Below, piece by piece: positions 35,733 to 47,467 of a stretch of DNA of 64,000 nt. The translations under genes and the position numbers were made by a program. The stretch lies in the NCBI GenBank assembly GCA_963805645.1, contig CAWDVA010000008.1, positions 41,748 through 105,747 on the forward strand. The letters run 5' to 3'. Under the pieces are notes generated by a model. The model worked only from the letters and a program-made list of their open reading frames with translations. It made no database searches and was not told the origin of the DNA. The stretch is from an uncultured Chloroflexia bacterium (GTDB taxonomy: Bacteria; Chloroflexota; Limnocylindria; QHBO01). Each line of letters opens with the position of its first letter. The first letter of the stretch is position 1.

Positions 35733-35966
35733 ATGGCGATCAACCAGCCGTGCACCGTCTGCGGCGAGGAGACGGCACCCGGGAGCCCACTCTTCTCGGA
35801 ACGGCGCCGGGTCGAGCACCCCGATGGGAAACGAACCTACCTCTGCCCGATGTGCGAGGCGCGCGCAAGCCAGCACCGGGGCAGGCGGCTCACCGACGAG
35901 GAATTGGACAGCTTCGTCAGGAGCGGTGCGCTGGCGATGATCGCGGGGCTGCCGGGCGTCCATTGA
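35733..35966 (+). CDS. small zinc-ribbon protein, unknown function
   Basis: ORF 35649..35966 trimmed to ATG 35733, preceded by GAGGGAGG. CTVCG...CPMC. Confidence 0.5.
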   Translation: MAINQPCTVCGEETAPGSPLFSERRRVEHPDGKRTYLCPMCEARASQHRGRRLTDEELDSFVRSGALAMIAGLPGVH

Positions 35967-35991
35967 CAGCGTCCCCGGCGCGGTCCTGTCG

Positions 35992-36021
35992 TTGACAGGT
36001 GACTGTCCAGTCACATATAGT
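35992..36021 (+). promoter_or_regulatory. near-consensus promoter TTGACA-N18-TATAGT with embedded perfect palindrome GTGACTG-TC-CAGTCAC (candidate ArsR operator)
   Basis: Read directly from the sequence. The -10 ends 9 nt before ATG 36031, with no RBS, so the mRNA is probably leaderless. Confidence 0.55.
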
Positions 36022-36030
36022 CGGACCGAC

Positions 36031-36819
36031 ATGGACGACGAGGCGGTCTTCAGGGCGTTGGCCGACGCCCATCGGCGAACCCTTCTCGACTCGCTCTTCG
36101 AGCGCGACGGCCAGGCGCTGGAGGAGCTCGAGAGGGCGCTGCCGCAGATGACCCGCTTCGGCGTCATGAAGCACCTGCGCGTGCTGGAGGCGGCCGGCCT
36201 GGTCACCACCCGGCGCGCGGGCCGTCGGAAGCTGCACTTCCTCAACCCGGTCCCCATCCGCCTCATCCACGATCGATGGATCAGCAAGTTCGCCGAGCCG
36301 TGGGTGGGGGGCATGGCCGACCTGAAGCACGAGTTGGAGAACCCGATGTCCAGCCTCAAGCACGTGTACGAGGTCTACATCCAGACCTCGCCCGAGCAGC
36401 TCTGGCAGGCGATCACCGATCCTGCCTTCACCCGCCGCTACTACTACGAGACAACCGTCGACTCCACGTGGGAGCCCGGCGCGCCATTGACCTACACCCA
36501 CGACGACGGACGCGTGGCCGTGGAGGGCACCATCGTCGAGGCCCATCCGCCCCACCGCCTGGTGCAGACCTTCCATTTCCCCGAGGGGCCGGACAACCCG
36601 GCCGAGCGACCGAGCCGGGTGACGTGGGAGATCCGCCAGATGGGCGCGGCCTGCCTCCTCACCCTCGTCCATGACGACTTCGACGGGGAGACGAAGACGT
36701 ACCGCAGCGTGCAGCACGGCTGGGTGTCCGTTCTCTCGGGCCTCAAGACCCTGCTCGAGACCGGGTCCGAGCTGGAGATCAGCTACCCGGCGCCCGTCGC
36801 GGCCGACGGGCCGGCCTGA
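36031..36819 (+). CDS. ArsR-family wHTH fused to SRPBCC/AHSA1-like domain
   Basis: ORF 35992..36819 trimmed to ATG 36031. ALADAHRRTLLDSL...LEELERALPQMTRFGVMKHLRVLEAAGLV, then an Aha1-like SRPBCC half. A near-consensus promoter and palindrome lie immediately upstream. Confidence 0.8.
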   Translation: MDDEAVFRALADAHRRTLLDSLFERDGQALEELERALPQMTRFGVMKHLRVLEAAGLVTTRRAGRRKLHFLNPVPIRLIHDRWISKFAEPWVGGMADLKHELENPMSSLKHVYEVYIQTSPEQLWQAITDPAFTRRYYYETTVDSTWEPGAPLTYTHDDGRVAVEGTIVEAHPPHRLVQTFHFPEGPDNPAERPSRVTWEIRQMGAACLLTLVHDDFDGETKTYRSVQHGWVSVLSGLKTLLETGSELEISYPAPVAADGPA

Positions 36820-36866
36820 CCGATGTCGGCGGCCGCGGCCTGCGCCGCGGCCGCCCGCCAGCCGCG

Positions 36867-37361
36867 CTAGATCGGCTGCATCAGCATCAGCCACAGGATG
36901 ACCAGGATCCCGCCGCCCCCGATGGCAAGCAGGATCCATGGCCTTGGGCTGACCAGCAGCGCCTCGAGCTCGCCGGCGGTGGCCGGCGGCGGCGGCGGCG
37001 CATCCCTGGGGTCGGAGTAGGCCTTCATCCCCACCGCGTGGCGTACCTTCGCGTAGTACCCCGAGCCCATCGGGTACATGGCGCCCAGGATCACCAGCAG
37101 GAGCGCGAGTGAGATCCAGATCCACCAGCGGTCCCAGTGACCGCCGTTGAACCCTGCGGCGATCCCGCTGGCCAGCAGGAGCAGGAGCCCCAGGTAGGCG
37201 ATCCCGAGACTGGCGCTGGAGAGCTCCAGCAGGGCGCCGATGCGGTCCGGCTCACGCTCCCCCCGAAGGCGGAAGGCGACCATCGCGGAGGCGCCATGGC
37301 CCATCACGAAGGTCATGAGACCGGCGATGTGGACGAACATCAGCCAGGGATAGACGTTCAC
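36867..37361 (-). CDS. integral membrane protein (4 TM), unknown function
   Basis: 164 aa with four clear hydrophobic helices. Possibly DUF2269-like, but this is not verified. Confidence 0.6.
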   Translation of the reverse strand: MNVYPWLMFVHIAGLMTFVMGHGASAMVAFRLRGEREPDRIGALLELSSASLGIAYLGLLLLLASGIAAGFNGGHWDRWWIWISLALLLVILGAMYPMGSGYYAKVRHAVGMKAYSDPRDAPPPPPATAGELEALLVSPRPWILLAIGGGGILVILWLMLMQPI

Positions 37362-37450
37362 GCGAAACCCTCCCGGTGCGATCGAGCTGCGCGCGCTCGC
37401 GGCGGGCCAATCCTAGCCGACAGGCAGACCCCGCAGTCGGCCCGCGCGGG

Positions 37451-38482
37451 TCAGAGCCGGACGGCCCCCAGGATGTGGCTCAGGTCGGGGAGGATGCCCT
37501 CTGCCTGCACGAGGAAGAGCGCGCCGACCACGATGCTGAAGACGCCGGCCACGATCCCCACGCCAACGTAGATCCGCTGCCGCATCTGGCTGGCCACGAA
37601 CCCGGTGGCGGTGATGATCACGATGGCCGTGTTGCTGATGAGCAGGCCAACGATGAAGGCGAACATCATGGGGATGCCGAGCCCCAGGCCGGCCGCGCCG
37701 CCGATGGCACCGATGAACAGGACCTGGGTGCCGGTCTCGGCACCGATGCCGTGGATCATCCCCACCCCGAAGGCCGTCCGTGCGCCGTAGGAGGCCATCT
37801 CGATGGGCTCCACGTGCGCGTGCCCGTGAAGGCGTGCCATCAGCCAGCGCCAGGCGTAGCGCGCCCAGGCGAAGACGAGCATCCAGCGGCTGCGCAGGTG
37901 GAACTCCGTGCCATGGCGCATGTACTGGTACAACGAGTAGAAGACCCACGCCCCCAGGACCAGGAGCGTGATCCCCACCACCCGGCCCATGATCGGATCC
38001 ACCCAGTCGGGGAGCACCGCGCCGAAGGCGAGTGCGGCCATCCCCAGCACGGCCACCACGGCGGCATGGCCCAGGGCGTAGAGGGTTCCCAGCAGCATGG
38101 CATGCCGCTGCTCGCGGGCGAGGCTCGGCTTCGGGTCCGCGACGGCCGCGGATGGCGACCCGGCGGTGGGTGCTGACAGCGCCCGCTCGTGGGCGGCGAG
38201 CTCGGATGGTCCGCCGTGCATGTGCATGTGCCCGGACTGGCGCAGGTGCGCGAGCTCGTGATGCTGCTCGCCGTGCTCGGCCGCAGCGGTGGTGCTGGTG
38301 ATGTCGGTGATGGCGGCGATATGGTCCCAGTCGATCCCGTGGCGGACGCCGAGCACGAGGGCGGTGCCCAACAGCTCGACGGCCACCGCCTGCGCGTGGA
38401 TGACGCCATGGGCGCCTGTCAGCGGCGCGAGGACAGCGAGCAGCGCGGGAAGGACGAAGGGGATAGCGGGCATCGGGCCCAT
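37451..38482 (-). CDS. NiCoT/RcnA-like nickel/cobalt transporter with His-rich loop
   Basis: ORF 37451..38725 trimmed to MGPMPAIPF. VRHGIDWDHIAAITD resembles the HxxDxDH signature. His-rich loop: EHGEQHHELAHLRQSGHMHMHGG. A second loop reads HGHAHVEP. About 8 TM helices. Confidence 0.65.
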   Translation of the reverse strand: MGPMPAIPFVLPALLAVLAPLTGAHGVIHAQAVAVELLGTALVLGVRHGIDWDHIAAITDITSTTAAAEHGEQHHELAHLRQSGHMHMHGGPSELAAHERALSAPTAGSPSAAVADPKPSLAREQRHAMLLGTLYALGHAAVVAVLGMAALAFGAVLPDWVDPIMGRVVGITLLVLGAWVFYSLYQYMRHGTEFHLRSRWMLVFAWARYAWRWLMARLHGHAHVEPIEMASYGARTAFGVGMIHGIGAETGTQVLFIGAIGGAAGLGLGIPMMFAFIVGLLISNTAIVIITATGFVASQMRQRIYVGVGIVAGVFSIVVGALFLVQAEGILPDLSHILGAVRL

Positions 38483-38503
38483 GCTAGCCGCGCCCTGACC
38501 TTG

Positions 38504-38541
38504 TTGCAACACATTGCAGTAATGGCGGCCGTCCCTATACT
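38504..38541 (+). promoter_or_regulatory. promoter TTGCAG-N16-TATACT overlapped by TTGCA-N5-TTGCA repeat / GTTGCAAC palindrome (candidate Fur-family operator)
   Basis: Read directly from the sequence, in the 67-bp divergent region between the transporter gene (38482) and the Fur-family gene (38550). The -10 ends 8 nt before the ATG. Confidence 0.45.
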
Positions 38542-38549
38542 GACGGCTG

Positions 38550-38996
38550 ATGAGCAGCGTGGCCGGCCCGAGCCCCTGGGACTCCGTGCGCGAGCGCGCC
38601 CACGCGCGCGGCATGCGATGGACGCCGCAGCGCCGCGTGGTGGTGGAGGCGCTGGCGGGGGTCCGGGGCCATGTCACCGGCGCCGAGCTGGTCGAGCGCT
38701 GCCGGGCGGTCGACGCGGGGACCACGCCGTCAACGGTGTACCGGACCCTGGACGCCCTCGAGGAGCTGGGGCTCGTCCGTCACCTGCATGGCGTCGATGG
38801 CCGCGAGGAGTACCACGTGGCCGGCGAGCCCGAGCATGGCCACCTCTACTGCGAGCACTGCGGTCGCACCTGGGAGATCACGGCCATCGAGGCGCACGTG
38901 ATCACCGGCGCCCTCCGCGAGAGGAAGGGGTTTGAGGCCGATCTCACCCACATGACCATCGTGGGGCGGTGCGCGGACTGCGCAGCCGGCGAGTGA
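38550..38996 (+). CDS. Fur-family metalloregulator
   Basis: 148 aa. TPQRRVVVEAL...TGAELVERC...STVYRTLDALEELGLV, then H.H..C..CG and a C-terminal CxxC. Confidence 0.85.
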   Translation: MSSVAGPSPWDSVRERAHARGMRWTPQRRVVVEALAGVRGHVTGAELVERCRAVDAGTTPSTVYRTLDALEELGLVRHLHGVDGREEYHVAGEPEHGHLYCEHCGRTWEITAIEAHVITGALRERKGFEADLTHMTIVGRCADCAAGE

Positions 38997-39056
38997 GCGG
39001 ACAGGGCTCGGGCGCGCCTGCCGGCGCGCCCGAGCGGTCGCCATCGGCCTAGCGGC

Positions 39057-42290
<3,234 letters not shown>

Positions 42291-42600
42291 GGGCGGGCGC
42301 TCCCTCCTGCGAAATGGAAACGAGCAGCCAGTCACGGCCGCTCGGGTCCGGGTACCTTAGCGCTGTCGAGTGCCCCGGCGCAGGCCATATCGGCCCGGCA
42401 TGAGGCCGGTATCGGTGCATATTGGCACCACCGTCAGCCCGACGCCGTCAGCCCGAGACGCTCCGAGATAGGCCCGGAGCGCCGGGCGTACACGCCGCCC
42501 GCGTGCGTGGTCGCGGGAGGGAGTGTTCGCGTGACGCGGCACGCGTCGGGCGTGTGATACCCGGCGGGAACCGGGGCTCGCGCGCGGCGGCACGCGCCGG

Positions 42601-42642
42601 GCGTGTTTCCGGCTGCAGCTCGCGTGTTTCCGGCTGCAGCTC
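42601..42642. repeat. perfect 21-bp tandem duplication GCGTGTTTCCGGCTGCAGCTC x2, each with the palindrome GCTGCAGC
   Basis: Read directly from the sequence, in the 402-bp gap upstream of nuclease gene 39057-42290. Confidence 0.8.
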
Positions 42643-42692
42643 TCTGGCGGTACCTCTCCGGCTGCGGCGGACGATGTCCTGTCGCCGCCCGG

Positions 42693-43880
42693 TCAGAGGG
42701 AGGACGCGACGGCTGCTGCGCGCTGGGCGAGGAGGGAAGCGGCGACGGCAGACACCCAGCGTGGCGACAGGCCGTTCACCTGGTTGACGAATGCCCGCAG
42801 CTGGGCAGCGGCATCGGCGGTCCGTCCGGCGGCCACCGCCGCCTCGATCCGGTCCAGCCGCTGCTGCAGCAGCGGCGCCTTCGCCGGCGCCACGTCGCCC
42901 GCATCGGCCATGGAGCCCACCAGCGAGTGCAGGCTGTCGATGGTTGGCGGAGAGACGGTTACCGTGACGTCGCACGTCCCGCTCTGAGGCGAAGCGTCAT
43001 CGTTGACGGCTTCCACGGTGACGGTGTACGACCCGACGGGCGTTGACGGCGAGACGGACAGCGTTCCGGTCGCTGTGCCGCCCGCGGCGCTCGCCGCGGT
43101 CACCGCCACGACCGAGATGGTGCCTGGATCCCCCGGCGTCACCGAGGTGACGGCCAGCGATGTGACCGATCCGTCCGGATCCGTCGCCGAGACATCTGCC
43201 GTGCCGGGGATTCCCTGCGTCGTCTCGACGGACGAGGGGCAGCTCACGGCCACCGGCTGGTTCACGCTCGTCCCCACCCAGCCAAGCCCGGCGAAGGTGT
43301 CCACGGGGAAGCCGTCCCATTCCGCGGTGGGGTCGAAGGCATCCATGGCATTCGTGTCACCGCTCGTAACGGTGAGTTTCCGCCGCAGCGTGTGATCCTG
43401 CGTGGTGATGTCGCCTGCCCCCCAGTATCCGGACGCGGGGCGGTTCGCGGCCCCGACCTGGCCGATGACGTCAATGGCGGTGCCGCTGTGGACCAGCATG
43501 ACGACGTCATCCCCGTTGAACCAGGTCGTGTCGGCGGTCAGCTGTGCCTTCGCGAGCAGGCTCGCGGTCGCGTTGGCGTTGGCGACCACGTAGGTGCCAC
43601 CCGGCGCGATGGTCGCCCCCGGCGTGAATCCGATGAACGAGGAGCCGGAGCCACCGTCCAGGTAGAACTCGAGCGCGTACCCCGACAGGCCGATCAGGTT
43701 CGACGTGGGGTTGTAGATCTCGAGCGCCTGGTTGTTCCCGGAGCCCTCGACGTACTCACTGATGAGCAGGTCGCTGGCCTGGGCATGGAGCAGTCCCGCC
43801 GGCACGAAGAGCACTCCCACGAAGGTCGCCACAGCGGTCACGCCGGTCAGCAGCCCACGCAGAGAATCGGTTCGCGCCAT
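42693..43880 (-). CDS. secreted LTD-domain protein, nuclease-less paralog of 39057-42290
   Basis: 395 aa with a signal peptide. Same LTD block (LLISEYVEGSGNNQALEIYNPT...GDDVVML), same Ig-like block (SCPSS...ATDPDG.VT...NDDASPQ...C) and same helical tail (LSPRWVS vs LAPKWVS). Confidence 0.75.
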   Translation of the reverse strand: MARTDSLRGLLTGVTAVATFVGVLFVPAGLLHAQASDLLISEYVEGSGNNQALEIYNPTSNLIGLSGYALEFYLDGGSGSSFIGFTPGATIAPGGTYVVANANATASLLAKAQLTADTTWFNGDDVVMLVHSGTAIDVIGQVGAANRPASGYWGAGDITTQDHTLRRKLTVTSGDTNAMDAFDPTAEWDGFPVDTFAGLGWVGTSVNQPVAVSCPSSVETTQGIPGTADVSATDPDGSVTSLAVTSVTPGDPGTISVVAVTAASAAGGTATGTLSVSPSTPVGSYTVTVEAVNDDASPQSGTCDVTVTVSPPTIDSLHSLVGSMADAGDVAPAKAPLLQQRLDRIEAAVAAGRTADAAAQLRAFVNQVNGLSPRWVSAVAASLLAQRAAAVASSL

Positions 43881-44049
43881 CGGTCCGTGCTCCGTTGTTC
43901 CGCCGGATGCCGAACGGCTCAGTTGCCCAGGCTCCGGGTTGTAGGAGTGACGCTACCCGCCCGCTGGCGGTTTGTGGATGGGAAGCAGGTCCCGAATGGT
44001 TGCCCGCACGCACCTAACCAATGCGGCAGGTGGCGGGTACCTCCGGCGG

Positions 44050-44883
44050 TCAGCGCACGTCGAGGGTCGCGTTGGCGCGGGCGCTGCGCTCGAAGAAGCT
44101 GAAGAGGCCAAAGCCCGCCGCCGCATACGCCAGGCCGATGAGCGCCTCGGTGGCGATGAGGCCGCCCACCTGGCCAAGGCCCGCGCCATCGGCCGCCTGG
44201 CGCACGGCCTCGAGGCCGTGGGTGAACGGCAGCAGGTTGCTGATCACCTGGAGCCAGCCCGGCAGGTCCGCCACCGGGACGTTCACGCCGCAGAAGAGCA
44301 GGATCGACATCATGATCAGGTTGGCCCCGAAGAGGCCGTCCCGCAGCCTGAGGCTGATGGCACCCTGCAGCGAGCCGATGGCGGTGCACGAGAAGACGGT
44401 CGTGAGCAGCGCGAGCGCGACGACCCCGATCGTCGCCAGGTCCAGGCGCACGCCCAGGAAGATGACCCCCACCGCCATGGCATAGACCGAGACGAACAGG
44501 CCGTTGGCGATGAACGGGAGGAACCGACCGGCGAACAGCGCGCCCCGGTTGGCGGGCGTGGCCAGCAGGGCGGGAAGCGTGCCGAACCAGCGCTCGTTGG
44601 CAATGGCCATGGTCATCCCGAAGACGCCGGCCAGGGCGCTCACCTGGACCGCGTTGCCGATGGCGAAGTACGCCGGCGAGCGCCCGGAGGCGTATGAGCC
44701 CAGCGAGGCGAAGAAGAAGAGCTGGAAGGTCGGCCCGCCGATGAGGGTGGGGATGTAGATGGAGGGGCGTGCCCAGTTGAAGAGCATCCCGTAGCTCATG
44801 CGCCCGCCGTACCAGAAGAGGCGCCAGGCGGTCCGCGGCCCGGAGCTGGTGTGGACGGGGGCCGAGAGCGCGGCGGCGGTCAT
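44050..44883 (-). CDS. ABC-2 type transporter permease
   Basis: C-terminal 277 aa of ORF 44050..45747, from MTAAALSAP. 6 TM helices. ATGA overlap with the upstream permease. Confidence 0.8.
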   Translation of the reverse strand: MTAAALSAPVHTSSGPRTAWRLFWYGGRMSYGMLFNWARPSIYIPTLIGGPTFQLFFFASLGSYASGRSPAYFAIGNAVQVSALAGVFGMTMAIANERWFGTLPALLATPANRGALFAGRFLPFIANGLFVSVYAMAVGVIFLGVRLDLATIGVVALALLTTVFSCTAIGSLQGAISLRLRDGLFGANLIMMSILLFCGVNVPVADLPGWLQVISNLLPFTHGLEAVRQAADGAGLGQVGGLIATEALIGLAYAAAGFGLFSFFERSARANATLDVR

Positions 44884-45671
44884 CGGAGCGCCAGGGTGGC
44901 GTCGCGTCGCGCCTTGTCGAGCACCACGCGCAGCATGACGCGGGCGGCCACGTAGTACACCACGGCCAGGACCAGGCACATCCCGATTGACAGCCACGGC
45001 GGCGACGAGCCGATGGCGGCCCCGCGGATGGCGTCCATGCCCCACTTGGGTGCCAGCAGCCAGCCGATGGCCTGGACCCACAGCGGCAGGGTCGTCACCG
45101 GGACCAGCAGCCCCGCGACGAGCCAGATCGGGTACTCGAGCAGGTTGCCCAGCGCGTTCGCGTGGCGGTACAGGACGAAGCTGGTCGCGATGAGCATGCC
45201 CAGCGAGCCCAGGGCCAGCACGGCCGCGGCGATGGAGATGGGCAGGACGAGCGGGAACGTCGCCGCGATGGGCATGCCGAAGAGAAGCGCGCCCCAGGCA
45301 AGGGTGGCCACGATGCCGTAGAAGCCCAGCACCACGGCCCCGAAGGTCTGCCCGGCGAGGATGTGGTCGTAGCGGCTCGGCGCGGTCACCAGGAGCTCCA
45401 GGGTTCCCTCCCAGCGCTGCCAGGCGATGGCCCCGCCGCAGCCGAAGAGGGTGGTGCTCCAGACGCCCATCATGCCCGAGCCCAGCGCCACGTACAGCAG
45501 CGTCTGGCCCGCCGTCTCGCCGCCCGCGTGGAACAGCAGGAAGCCCAGCGTGGCGAAGATCAGCGGGGTGATGAACGTGGTCAGGATGAAGAACTCGCTG
45601 GCCAGGAGCATCCGCACGTTGAACCAGGTGACGAACCAGACGAGGCGCAGGCTGCGCGGCAGCGTGCTCAT
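44880..45671 (-). CDS. ABC-2 type transporter permease
   Basis: 263 aa with 6 TM helices. ATGA overlap with the ATPase gene. Confidence 0.8.
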   Translation of the reverse strand: MSTLPRSLRLVWFVTWFNVRMLLASEFFILTTFITPLIFATLGFLLFHAGGETAGQTLLYVALGSGMMGVWSTTLFGCGGAIAWQRWEGTLELLVTAPSRYDHILAGQTFGAVVLGFYGIVATLAWGALLFGMPIAATFPLVLPISIAAAVLALGSLGMLIATSFVLYRHANALGNLLEYPIWLVAGLLVPVTTLPLWVQAIGWLLAPKWGMDAIRGAAIGSSPPWLSIGMCLVLAVVYYVAARVMLRVVLDKARRDATLALR

Positions 45672-46759
45672 GATGCCGTCTCCAGGGCGGCGCGGGCGGC
45701 CGCGCCATCGGTCCCGCCGGTGGCTGCGATGAGGTGCACGTAGGCATCCTCCAGGGTCGGCTCGCGGGCGATGACCTTGCCGACCCGGGTGTCGGTGAGA
45801 TGGCCCAGCAGGCGCTGGGTGATGCGGGTGCCGTGCTCGGACTGCACCAGGAGGATCTGGCTCTGGTCGCGCTCCTCGACGTTGACCTCCACGACGTCGG
45901 GATCCGCCCGCAGCTGGTCCACGGTCTCCGGTGCGACCCCGAACGTTTCGATCTCGATGATCGTGCGGTTGGCCACGGCTGCCTTCAGGTCGTTGCCGGT
46001 CCCCTGCGCGACGATCTTTCCGTCGTTGATGACCGCGATCCGGTCACAGAGCGCATCGGCCTCGAACATGTAGTGCGTGGTGAGCAGGACCGTCTTGCCG
46101 GCGTCGACCAGCGTCTTCACCGTCTGCCGCAGCTCGCGCGCGCCCACCGGGTCGAGCCCGATGGAGGGCTCGTCCAGGAAGACCACCTCGGGATCGTGAA
46201 GCAGGCCCCGGGCGATGTGCAGGCGCTGCCGCATGCCGCGCGAGTAGCCCTCGACCTTCTCACCCTCGCGCCCGGTGAGGCCCACCATCTCGAGCAGTGC
46301 CCCGATGCGTCGCTTCTGCTCGGACGGCTCAACCCCGTACAGCTCAGCGAAGTACCGCAGGTTGTCCAGCGCGCTGACCCGGTCGTAGAGGCCCCGGTCG
46401 CCGCCGAACACGTAGCCGATCCGCCGTCGCACCTCGGTGGTGTCCCGGATGACGTCGAAGCCCATGACCCGGGCGCTGCCCGCGGTGGGAAGCAGGAGGG
46501 TGATGAGCATCTTGATGGTCGTGGTCTTGCCCGCCCCGTTGGGGCCCAGCAGGCCGAACAGCTCGCCGGGACGCACGGCGAAGCTGACGCCACGAACCGC
46601 CTCGACCTTGATTCGCCGGCGCCGGACGACCCCGAGGTGCGTGTCGTAGGTTCGCACCAGGTCGAGCGCCTCGATGGCCGGTGTGTCGCGGGTCTCGGTC
46701 GCGGGCGGCCCGGCGGCGTGTACGCCGGTGGGCGGGGGAAGGGTCATGGAAGGCGCCAT
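45668..46759 (-). CDS. ABC transporter ATP-binding protein (DrrA-like)
   Basis: C-terminal part of ORF 45668..47416. Walker A GPNGAGKTT, signature YSRGMRQRL, Walker B VVFLDEPSIGLD. Start is ATG 46759 or 46747. Confidence 0.9.
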   Translation of the reverse strand: MAPSMTLPPPTGVHAAGPPATETRDTPAIEALDLVRTYDTHLGVVRRRRIKVEAVRGVSFAVRPGELFGLLGPNGAGKTTTIKMLITLLLPTAGSARVMGFDVIRDTTEVRRRIGYVFGGDRGLYDRVSALDNLRYFAELYGVEPSEQKRRIGALLEMVGLTGREGEKVEGYSRGMRQRLHIARGLLHDPEVVFLDEPSIGLDPVGARELRQTVKTLVDAGKTVLLTTHYMFEADALCDRIAVINDGKIVAQGTGNDLKAAVANRTIIEIETFGVAPETVDQLRADPDVVEVNVEERDQSQILLVQSEHGTRITQRLLGHLTDTRVGKVIAREPTLEDAYVHLIAATGGTDGAAARAALETAS

Positions 46760-46894
46760 TCTACCCGGCGCGGTGTCAGGCGCCGTCAGGAATCCAGGCC
46801 CGAGCGCCCCTGCGACCGCGTGCGCCTGCCCCTTCGTCCGCCGGCGCCAGCGTCGTAAGGTGAGGGCGTTTCCGCGACCGTACGAACCGAGCAG

Positions 46895-47401
46895 ATGACC
46901 AGCTACCACTTCGTGACCCGCTGGAACGTGGACGCGCCGCCGGACCGCGTCTTCGATGCGCTGGTCCGTGTCGAGGAATGGCCCGAGTGGTGGCGCGGCG
47001 TGCGGCGCGTGGAGCGGGTGCGCGCCGGCGACGAGCGCGGGGTTGGAACCGTGCACCGCTTCACCTTTCGCAGCCGACTGCCCTACTCGCTGGCGTTCGA
47101 GGTGCGGACCACCCGGGTCGAGGCGCCGCTCCTGCTGGCCGGGGACGCGACCGGCGAGCTGGAGGGGGTTGGGACCTGGACCCTTCGCGACGGCGACGGG
47201 CGGACCCACCTCGAGTACGTCTGGGACGTTCGCACCACGCGCTGGTGGATGAACGCCCTCGCGCCGCTGGCACGACCGGTCTTCGCCTGGAACCACGACC
47301 GCGTGATGGAGTGGGGCCGCTCCGGCCTGGCCCGCCGCCTGGGGGCCGTCGTCCTTCGGGCTGGTGACGCCTCGCCGGGGGCCGTCCCAGGAATCTGCTA
47401 G
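46895..47401 (+). CDS. SRPBCC-family protein
   Basis: 168 aa. VDAPPDRVFDALVRVEEWPEWW... is START/polyketide-cyclase-like. Confidence 0.75.
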   Translation: MTSYHFVTRWNVDAPPDRVFDALVRVEEWPEWWRGVRRVERVRAGDERGVGTVHRFTFRSRLPYSLAFEVRTTRVEAPLLLAGDATGELEGVGTWTLRDGDGRTHLEYVWDVRTTRWWMNALAPLARPVFAWNHDRVMEWGRSGLARRLGAVVLRAGDASPGAVPGIC

Positions 47402-47467
47402 TCTTGGGTAGCGCATTTAGGACGACACGGCAGGGGCCTTTCGCTGCCCCGGGGAGCAGACATCGGC

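Noticed and set aside
42601-42642. Possible CRISPR-like repeat
   Set aside because: There are only two units, directly adjacent with no spacers, and no cas genes. It is a simple tandem duplication.
46867-46889. Possible sixth copy of the promoter-like element (CGTTTC-CGCGA-CCGTAC), upstream of the ABC-2 operon; also a GTAACG-containing site near 13553
   Set aside because: Both hexamers are degenerate (about 4 of 6 matches, with one apparent 1-nt deletion) and no N-A-N-N-N-T hexamer sits at the expected 9-10 nt distance. I kept these only as weak candidates for a PWM scan.
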